From contig CAYNMF010000007.1 of NCBI GenBank assembly GCA_964398325.1, positions 1 to 24,000 on the forward strand: a stretch of DNA of 24,000 nucleotides, in the 5' to 3' direction. Of this stretch, positions 15,914 to 24,000 are shown in pieces. Positions within the stretch are counted from its first letter, which is position 1. Each line of letters starts with the position of its first letter. Source of the DNA: an uncultured Chromatiaceae bacterium (GTDB taxonomy: Bacteria; Pseudomonadota; Gammaproteobacteria; Steroidobacterales; GCA-2729495). The position numbers and the translations under genes were made by a program. A model generated the notes under the pieces. It was not told where the DNA came from. It saw only the letters and a program-made list of their open reading frames with translations, and did no database searches.

Positions 15914-17769
15914 AACAGGTCTCTCAAATAGGTATCCATGACAGTTCTGGCAATGGGCGCCGCTGTGCCGCTGCCGCTTTCGCCGTTCTCGACAATGACG
16001 GCGACCGCGATCTGCGGGTCTTCAAGTGGTGCAAAGGCAATGAACAAAGCATGATCTCGCATGCGTTCGTTCAGTTCCCCGGCTTCATATTCCTGATCCT
16101 GCGCAACGGTAAAGACTTGAGCCGTGCCACTCTTGCCGGCCATCGTATATGGTGCGTTCGCACCCACGGCCCGAGCCGTGCCGCGTGTTCCCTGCATGAC
16201 AGCATTCATCGCGCTTATGATCCGTTCCCATTGTTCATCATTGATGACGCCAACCGGGTCCAGGGATATTGGCGTATTGAATTCGACAGAGTTGCTGATC
16301 GGATCACTGAGTCCGCGTAATAACGTCGGTTTGAAGCGCCGGCCGTGATTGGCGATTGTCGCTGCGGCGTGTGCCAGCTGCAGTGGTGTGGCGAGTACGT
16401 AACCCTGACCGATTCCGGTGATCAGGGTTTCGCCCGGAAACCAGACCTGGTCGCCTCTCCGGGTAAAATTGCGGCGTTTCCAGTTTCGACCGGGCACAAG
16501 TCCTCCTTTCTCTCCGGCGATATCGATACCGGTGACACTGCCGAGTCCGAAGCGCTTCAGGAAGGTTTCCATCCGATCAATGCCGAGTTCTCTTGCGACC
16601 TGGTAAAAATAGACATCGCAGGATTGTTCGATCGCTGCGTGCATGTCTATCCAGCCATGACCGCCTCGCTTCCAGTCGCGATAGCGATGGGTGCTGCCCG
16701 GTAAGGTGTAAAAGCCGCCGCAGAATAAGGGTTGCTCGGGGTCGATTGCATCATAGTGCAGCCCGGCCAGCGCGATGATCGGTTTGATCGTTGAACCCGG
16801 TGGATACGTTCCCTGCAACGCACGATTGAACAGCGGCAGATCCGGGTTTTCCTGTAACGCGCGATATTCTGCACGACTCATGCCGATACTGATGGCATTG
16901 GGGTCGAACGACGGTTCACTTGCAAAGACGAGAACTTCGCCGGTTTTCGGGTCGATCGCGACGACGGCGCCCCGACGGCCTGCGAGCGCCTCGTGTGCAG
17001 CAAGCTGCGACTCGATATCGAGTGTCAGGATCAGATCCTTGCCGGGAATCGCCGATTCGGCATCGAGGCCCTGCATGATTCGACCGCGAGCGTTTACAAG
17101 TACTTCCTCGTGACCAACATGTCCGTGCAATTCAGGTTCGTAACGTCGTTCGAGCGCAATTTTGCCGATCAGTGAGGTACCGGCATAATTAATTTTGTCG
17201 ATGTTTTGCATGTCAGCCGCACTGATGCCGCTGACGTAGCCGAGTGCATGTGCGACGGCTGTGCCGTACGGATAGTTCCGCGTCAGCCGGGCGCGAATAT
17301 CGACGCCGGGGAAACGCGGACGCTCGACGGCGAATTTTGCGACCTCGATATCGGTCAGTCGACGCTGGATCGGTATCGAATCAAATCGTCTGTGTTGTCG
17401 AATCAGTGCTTTGAGCGAATCGATGTCTTCACTGTCGATGAGTCCGAACAGTGCCAGACGGTCCAGCGTCTCATCCATGTCCGGCACCTGTTCGGGTGTC
17501 AGTTCGAGCTGATAACTCGGCAGATTCTCTGCCAGTATCGTGCCGTTACGGTCGTAGATGAGACCGCGCGTCGGCGGCAATGACTGCACGCGAATTCTGT
17601 TGCCCTGTGACTGTGCAGAGAAGTGTTCATACTCGACAATTTGCAGTTGTCCGAGCCGGGTCAGCACGATCATGGTCAGGCCGACGATAAAGATTGCCGC
17701 GGCGATGACGCGGCGCAAGAACAATTGCTGTTCTGCCCAGTGATCCTTAAGCCTGTCGCTTGCGGCCAT
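15910..17769 (-). CDS. mrdA: Penicillin-binding protein 2 (elongasome transpeptidase)
   Basis: 619 aa, collinear with E. coli PBP2. It has an N-terminal TM helix, SxxK (PGSTIKP), an SxD-type motif (EQSCDVYF) and KSGTAQ. Confidence 0.96.
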   Translation of the reverse strand: MAASDRLKDHWAEQQLFLRRVIAAAIFIVGLTMIVLTRLGQLQIVEYEHFSAQSQGNRIRVQSLPPTRGLIYDRNGTILAENLPSYQLELTPEQVPDMDETLDRLALFGLIDSEDIDSLKALIRQHRRFDSIPIQRRLTDIEVAKFAVERPRFPGVDIRARLTRNYPYGTAVAHALGYVSGISAADMQNIDKINYAGTSLIGKIALERRYEPELHGHVGHEEVLVNARGRIMQGLDAESAIPGKDLILTLDIESQLAAHEALAGRRGAVVAIDPKTGEVLVFASEPSFDPNAISIGMSRAEYRALQENPDLPLFNRALQGTYPPGSTIKPIIALAGLHYDAIDPEQPLFCGGFYTLPGSTHRYRDWKRGGHGWIDMHAAIEQSCDVYFYQVARELGIDRMETFLKRFGLGSVTGIDIAGEKGGLVPGRNWKRRNFTRRGDQVWFPGETLITGIGQGYVLATPLQLAHAAATIANHGRRFKPTLLRGLSDPISNSVEFNTPISLDPVGVINDEQWERIISAMNAVMQGTRGTARAVGANAPYTMAGKSGTAQVFTVAQDQEYEAGELNERMRDHALFIAFAPLEDPQIAVAVIVENGESGSGTAAPIARTVMDTYLRDLL

Positions 17770-17784
17770 GTTCGCGTTACCGTA

Positions 17785-18285
17785 TCACGTGAATGTCGGG
17801 CCGCGTCTCTGGATTTGTTGGCGGATGCGATCCATGATGGCCATGACCGGCGGCCACAAAATGCCACCGGCGATCACCTGGGTCCAGCGGGCATAGCCGG
17901 CCGACGGATTGCCTGCGACGCCATCTATCCAGAACAGGATGAATGCGTTGATGGCCAGCAGTGCAAACACTGTCATGGTCAGTTGCCAGAGCGGGAAAAT
18001 TCGGATTTGCAAATGAAATCGCAGTGTCAGGTAACCGATGACACTCAGTGCGAATGCATTCTGGCCCAGTAGATCGCCCTGCAGAATATCCAGTAGTAGT
18101 CCGATGATCCAGGCGCTGCCGATACCAAACACACGTGGCCACATCATGATCCAGTAAATAACAGCGATTGTGGCCCACGGCGGGCGAAATGGCGTAAGAA
18201 AATCGGGTAGTGGCAGACTGACGAGTGCAGCTGCGCCTATCAAAACAAGCCAGCCGGGCCAGTGTGGAGCGCCTCGCTTACTCAT
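17785..18285 (-). CDS. mreD: Rod shape-determining protein MreD
   Basis: 166 aa hydrophobic multi-TM protein immediately after mreC (ATGA overlap), with typical MreD size and position. Confidence 0.9.
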   Translation of the reverse strand: MSKRGAPHWPGWLVLIGAAALVSLPLPDFLTPFRPPWATIAVIYWIMMWPRVFGIGSAWIIGLLLDILQGDLLGQNAFALSVIGYLTLRFHLQIRIFPLWQLTMTVFALLAINAFILFWIDGVAGNPSAGYARWTQVIAGGILWPPVMAIMDRIRQQIQRRGPTFT

Positions 18286-19232
18286 TGAGGGTTCCCGGCA
18301 GCGACATCCCGGGGCGGCACGATCGCCTCGGCGGCTTCCGGTACCTTGCCCGGGTTGCCGTCGTCATCGCCTGCAGCGCGCATGGCCGAGGCGGGCTCGG
18401 GCCAGATCAGCAGAACTTCACGAATGCGGTTCAGTGCGGCCGCCGGTCTGGCGCCGACCGTCAGGAAGGGTTCGCCGCTATCGTTTGAAATCTCGTTTAT
18501 GGTACCGACCGGATAACCGGGCGGGAACGTACCGCCGAGGCCGGATGTGACGAGAATATCGCCGTCAACGACATCAGCATTGCGCGGCAGAAAAGGCAGC
18601 GACAGCCGTTCTAGGTCGCCGGTGCCGACCGCGATTGTCCGCAACCGGCTGCGGACGATTTCGACCGGCAATGCATGATCGGCATCGGTGATCAGCAGCG
18701 CCTCGGCAGAGAAAATCTGGTCGCGTACAACCTGACCGATAATGCCATCGGCATCAATGAGCGCCTGGCCGACATAGATACCGTCATTACTGCCCTTGTT
18801 GATTGTGATTCGGTGTCGAAACGGGTTCATGTCGACCGACAGGATCTCTCCGATCAATACTCGACCACTGACCTTGGCTGTCGAGTCGAGCAAGGCCCTG
18901 AGCCTCGTGTTTTCAGCTTCCAGTGCGACCTGGCGTTGCAATCGGGCGCTCTGGATCAGGTTCTGTTCCTTCAGTCGCTGGTTCTCATTCGTCAGTTCAT
19001 TACGCGTTGCAGCGCTGTCGCCGATCCAGTGGCCAAGAGAAAACGGTGCATCGATGATCAGGCGAACCGGGTGAATGGCGGCAGACAGGAGGCTGCGAAC
19101 TGTCCTCAGGTGCTCATTGTTGTGGTCGAGTGCCATGATCGCAACGGATAAAATGCAGAGCATCACCGTTCGCAGGCCATAGCCTGTGTTGCGAAATGCG
19201 CGTTGATCGCTGTCAGGTCTGCTGAGCGTCAT
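18282..19232 (-). CDS. mreC: Rod shape-determining protein MreC
   Basis: 316 aa with an N-terminal TM helix, a coiled-coil segment (NQRLKEQN...LEAENTRLRALL), and MreC beta-domain motifs (GQALIDADGIIGQV, LVTSGLGGTFPPGYPVG). Confidence 0.93.
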   Translation of the reverse strand: MTLSRPDSDQRAFRNTGYGLRTVMLCILSVAIMALDHNNEHLRTVRSLLSAAIHPVRLIIDAPFSLGHWIGDSAATRNELTNENQRLKEQNLIQSARLQRQVALEAENTRLRALLDSTAKVSGRVLIGEILSVDMNPFRHRITINKGSNDGIYVGQALIDADGIIGQVVRDQIFSAEALLITDADHALPVEIVRSRLRTIAVGTGDLERLSLPFLPRNADVVDGDILVTSGLGGTFPPGYPVGTINEISNDSGEPFLTVGARPAAALNRIREVLLIWPEPASAMRAAGDDDGNPGKVPEAAEAIVPPRDVAAGNPQ

Positions 19233-19302
19233 GCTCTGCCGTTGTCATGCCTTACCCGGTGCGTATATGACACTGAGTCTTCGGTTTGGGGGGGCGAAGC
19301 GG

Positions 19303-20755
<1,453 letters not shown>

Positions 20756-20799
20756 GAGAGATCCGGTCACCGCCTGTTAACCGAGAACCTGAATACGCC

Positions 20800-22254
20800 A
20801 TGCAACGACAGACAATCATCGAAATCGCCGCTGCCCTCAGAGAGGGTTCAGTCACGAGTCGCCAGCTGACCGAGGCTGCGTTGGCACGGATCGATGCGGG
20901 CAAGATTCTTAATACCTTTATCACGGTGACCAAAGACACGGCTCTGGCTGCGGCCGATGATGCCGATGCCGTTCTTGCGGCAGGAAACGGCGGGCCATTG
21001 ACCGGTGTGCCGATTGCGCACAAGGATATTTTTTGTACACGAGATATTTTGACGACATGCGGCTCGAAGATGCTTGGAAATTTTCGTTCTCCGTATGATG
21101 CGACCGTTGTCGAGAATCTGGCTGCAGCAGGTGTCGTCGTTGTCGGCAAGACGAACATGGACGAATTTGCGATGGGCTCGTCGAATGAGACAAGTTTCTT
21201 CGGGCCGGTTGCCAATCCTTGGGATACCACCCGGTCACCGGGCGGTTCGTCAGGTGGTTCGGCCGCGGCCGTTGCTGCCGGTTTTGTTCCCGCCGCAACC
21301 GGTACCGATACCGGTGGTTCAATTCGCCAGCCGGCGGCCTTGTCCGGCATCACCGGTTTTAAGCCAACCTACGGTCGTGTTTCGCGATACGGCATGATCG
21401 CTTTCGCTTCGAGCCTCGATCAGGCCGGCGTACTCACGTTAACAGCCGAAGACGCAGCCGTGCTGATGCAGGCGATGGCAGGCTTTGATCCGAAAGATTC
21501 GACTTCAGCAGACCGCCCGGTGCCTGATTATTCAGCCGCGCTTGGCACATCGCTTGGGGGCAAGCGTATTGGCGTTCCGGCAGAATTTTTTGACGACGGT
21601 CTTGATGCCGAGTCCGCAGATTGCATCCGTGAAGCAATCGCCGTCTTCGAATCGCTGGGTGCGACAACCGAAGCGGTCTCTCTGCCGCATATCGATGCCT
21701 CGGTACCGACTTATTATATTGTTGCACCGGCCGAGTGCTCGTCGAACCTGTCGAGATTTGACGGCGTTCGTTTCGGCCACCGCCACGCCGATGCCCGGAA
21801 TCTCGAAGAGTTGTACAAGCTGACTCGTAAGGAAGGTTTTGGTGCAGAGGTCAAGCGGCGCATCATGACCGGCACCTACGTACTGTCGGCCGGTTACTAT
21901 GATGCCTATTATTTGCAGGCGCAGAAAGCCCGTCAGTTGATTGCCGAAGATTTTCGCAAGTGTTTCGAGTCAGTGGATATTATCGCCGGCCCCACCACGC
22001 CGACCCCGGCATTCAAGCTGGGCGAAAAGACGGACAATCCGGTGCAAATGTATCTGAACGATATTTATACGATCGGTGTGAACCTGGCGGGTCTGCCCGG
22101 AGCCTCCGTGCCGTGCGGGTTCTCGGCTGGACTGCCTGTCGGTTTGCAGTTAATCGGTCCGGCATTTGGCGAACAGGCGGTGTTGAACTTTGCACACCAG
22201 TATCAGCAGCAGACAGACTGGCACCTGAAGGCGCCGAATTTCGTGGCGGGGTGA
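20800..22254 (+). CDS. gatA: Asp-tRNA(Asn)/Glu-tRNA(Gln) amidotransferase subunit A
   Basis: 484 aa with the amidase signature ([27 protein letters not shown]) and a GatA-type N-terminus. Confidence 0.97.
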   Translation: MQRQTIIEIAAALREGSVTSRQLTEAALARIDAGKILNTFITVTKDTALAAADDADAVLAAGNGGPLTGVPIAHKDIFCTRDILTTCGSKMLGNFRSPYDATVVENLAAAGVVVVGKTNMDEFAMGSSNETSFFGPVANPWDTTRSPGGSSGGSAAAVAAGFVPAATGTDTGGSIRQPAALSGITGFKPTYGRVSRYGMIAFASSLDQAGVLTLTAEDAAVLMQAMAGFDPKDSTSADRPVPDYSAALGTSLGGKRIGVPAEFFDDGLDAESADCIREAIAVFESLGATTEAVSLPHIDASVPTYYIVAPAECSSNLSRFDGVRFGHRHADARNLEELYKLTRKEGFGAEVKRRIMTGTYVLSAGYYDAYYLQAQKARQLIAEDFRKCFESVDIIAGPTTPTPAFKLGEKTDNPVQMYLNDIYTIGVNLAGLPGASVPCGFSAGLPVGLQLIGPAFGEQAVLNFAHQYQQQTDWHLKAPNFVAG

Positions 22255-22259
22255 TGACG

Positions 22260-23699
22260 ATGCAATGGGAAACAGTCATCGGACTCGAGATTCATACTCA
22301 ACTCGCGACAAAGAGTAAAATTTTTTCCGGCGCATCTGCTGCATACGGTGCCGAGCCGAATACCCAGGCCTGCATCATCGACCTGGGTTATCCGGGCGTA
22401 TTGCCGGTGCTCAATGCCGAGGTCGTGCACATGGCTGTTTGCTTTGGCGTGGCGATCGGCGCCGAGATTGCACATCGTTCGGTTTTTGCGCGCAAGAATT
22501 ATTTTTATCCGGATTTGCCGAAGGGTTACCAGATCAGTCAGTACGAACTGCCGATCGTCGGGCCCGGACAATTGGAGATTTCGCTTGAAGACGGTACGTT
22601 AAAAACAATCGGCGTGACGCGCGCACATCTGGAGGAAGATGCCGGAAAATCCGTTCATGATGCCTTCGACGGCGAGACCGGTATCGACCTGAATCGTACC
22701 GGTACGCCCTTGCTTGAGATTGTATCCGAGCCGGACATGCGTTCAGCAAAAGAGGCCGTCGCCTATATGCGCAAGATACACCAGATCGTGCGCTATATCG
22801 GGATCTCCGATGGCAACATGCAGGAAGGGTCATTTCGCTGCGATGCAAATGTGTCGGTACGACCGGTCCGGCAGGAAGCTTTTGGTACCCGGGCAGAATT
22901 GAAGAATCTGAATTCATTCCGGTTTGTCGAGCGCGCGATCAACATCGAAGTCGAGCGGCAGATCGATATTCTCGAAGACGGTGGCCGGGTTGTACAGGAG
23001 ACACGCCTGTATGATTCTGATCGCGATGAGACCCGCTCGATGCGTACCAAGGAAGAGGCGAATGATTATCGCTATTTCCCGGATCCGGACTTGTTGCCGG
23101 TCGTCATTGATCCGTCCACTATCGATACCGTCCGCAGTGAATTACCGGAGTTGCCGGATGCCAAACGTCTGCGCTTCATCGATGAGTACAGTCTGAAAGA
23201 TGCCGACGTACTTTTGCTCGTTGCGAGTCGCCCGCTGGCAGACTATTTCGAAGTTGTTGCCAAAGCTGTGGCGAGCGTTGGCGGCGAAGCGAAGCTGGCC
23301 GCAAATTGGGTGATCGGCGAGTTATCCGCTGCGTTAAACAGGGGCAGCCTTGGAGTTGCTGATTGTCCGGTATCGGCGGAGCAACTGGCCGGTTTGTTAC
23401 TGCGCGTTGCCGACCATACGATATCGGGCAAGATCGCCAAAGAAGTCTTCGAAGCCATGTGGCAGGGCGAGGGAACGGCGGATGAAATTATCGATAATCG
23501 TGGCCTGAAACAAATAAGCGACAGCGGTGCACTTGAAAAGATCGTCGATCAGGTCATCGTCGATTGCCCGGAGCAGGTCCGCCAATATCGTGACGGCAAG
23601 ACGAAAATTCTTGGTTTTCTCGTCGGGCAGGTCATGAAGGCGACGGGTGGTAAAGCCAATCCGGGTCAGGTCAACGAGATACTGCGCAACAAGTTGTAA
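22260..23699 (+). CDS. gatB: Asp-tRNA(Asn)/Glu-tRNA(Gln) amidotransferase subunit B
   Basis: Starts [15 protein letters not shown] as in Pseudomonas GatB. Further motifs are [29 protein letters not shown] and [14 protein letters not shown]. An alternative ATG at 22254 (MTMQWE) overlaps the gatA stop as TGATG. The ORF-track start at 21960 lies inside gatA and I reject it. Confidence 0.96.
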   Translation: MQWETVIGLEIHTQLATKSKIFSGASAAYGAEPNTQACIIDLGYPGVLPVLNAEVVHMAVCFGVAIGAEIAHRSVFARKNYFYPDLPKGYQISQYELPIVGPGQLEISLEDGTLKTIGVTRAHLEEDAGKSVHDAFDGETGIDLNRTGTPLLEIVSEPDMRSAKEAVAYMRKIHQIVRYIGISDGNMQEGSFRCDANVSVRPVRQEAFGTRAELKNLNSFRFVERAINIEVERQIDILEDGGRVVQETRLYDSDRDETRSMRTKEEANDYRYFPDPDLLPVVIDPSTIDTVRSELPELPDAKRLRFIDEYSLKDADVLLLVASRPLADYFEVVAKAVASVGGEAKLAANWVIGELSAALNRGSLGVADCPVSAEQLAGLLLRVADHTISGKIAKEVFEAMWQGEGTADEIIDNRGLKQISDSGALEKIVDQVIVDCPEQVRQYRDGKTKILGFLVGQVMKATGGKANPGQVNEILRNKL

Positions 23700-23801
23700 A
23701 CGTTAACCGGGGCATACGGTTACCCATCGTGGTTTAATCCCTGCCTCTGAGCACTCTGCCTTTAATTTTTTGATGGCCGGTAAATAAGAACAGGATAAGT
23801 T

Positions 23802-24000
23802 GTGAATTGGTTGACAGATAACGGATCAAAAGCCTTGTATATACGAATCATTGCGCTATTTATGGTGCTGATGGCCGGTATCGCATCGACAATTGGTTCA
23901 AGTACCGGCAACAATACCATCGTCGACCTGCCATTCGCAGTCGATAAGACATTCAGTATCAAACAGGATGCGGTACTGGAGGTCGACGTGGCGACGTTCC
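23802..24000 (+). CDS. Start of a secreted or membrane-anchored protein, function unknown; continues past the right edge
   Basis: The frame is open from GTG 23802 to the window end, with AGGA 6 nt upstream and an in-frame TAA at 23796-23798. Translation: (M)NWLTDNGSKALYIRIIALFMVLMAGIASTIGSSTGNNTIVDLPFAVDKTFSIKQDAVLEVDVATF. It has a basic n-region and a hydrophobic core. The P.AVD..F....D..L.V pattern is reminiscent of Ig/cadherin-like adhesin repeats. Alternative starts are TTG 23811 and TTG 23835. Confidence 0.5.
   Translation, partial: MNWLTDNGSKALYIRIIALFMVLMAGIASTIGSSTGNNTIVDLPFAVDKTFSIKQDAVLEVDVATF

Noticed and set aside
17777-18178. 133-aa minus-strand ORF in an alternative frame of mreD
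   Set aside because: The mreD frame gives a coherent multi-TM protein coupled to mreC by an ATGA overlap. The alternative frame is Arg/His/Pro-rich and not protein-like.
23704-23722. Hairpin TAACCG-GGGCATA-CGGTTA just after the gatB stop as a terminator
   Set aside because: The stem is only 6 bp and is AT-containing. It is followed by CCCATCG rather than a T tract, and the nearest T run (23766-23771) is 40 nt away. This is too weak to call.
23730-23755. GGTTTAATCCC resembling a tRNA T-loop
   Set aside because: The flanking bases do not form a T-stem, acceptor stem or cloverleaf. There is no tRNA here.
23762-23962. 66-aa minus-strand ORF at the right edge
   Set aside because: It is antisense to the better-supported + strand ORF, which has an SD and a signal-peptide-like N-terminus. 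It has no SD and no motif.

Overview
This window is a chromosomal core region with gammaproteobacterial-type synteny and looks moderately GC-rich by eye. I call 23 intact housekeeping genes in five blocks. (1) lgt-thyA on the + strand. (2) apaH-apaG-rsmA-pdxA-surA-lptD on the - strand. (3) murU on the + strand, divergent from lptD. (4) An 11-gene collinear cell-wall/elongasome string on the - strand: lipB-ybeD-dat-dacA-rlpA-mltB-rodA-mrdA-mreD-mreC-mreB. (5) gatCAB on the + strand, divergent from mreB. The left edge carries a decayed DUF255/YyaL-type thioredoxin-domain pseudogene. The right edge carries the start of a secreted-protein ORF that runs out of the window. I see no tRNA, rRNA, CRISPR array, transposase, integrase, phage gene or recognisable defence gene, and no evidence for a novel multi-gene system. 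The only sizeable sequence not explained by conserved genes is a ~386-nt nested inverted-repeat element filling the convergent thyA/apaH gap (2011-2396). It consists of two diverged ~140-nt modules in inverted orientation. Each module has a shared 39-nt terminal sequence and a 30-31 bp near-perfect hairpin, and the hairpin stems differ between modules while staying self-complementary. That element is the best candidate for something undescribed (a MITE-like repeat or a structured RNA). The remaining findings are small: a terminator-like hairpin over the longest lgt start, a missing amgK, a folA-sized gap, and short repeats or palindromes.
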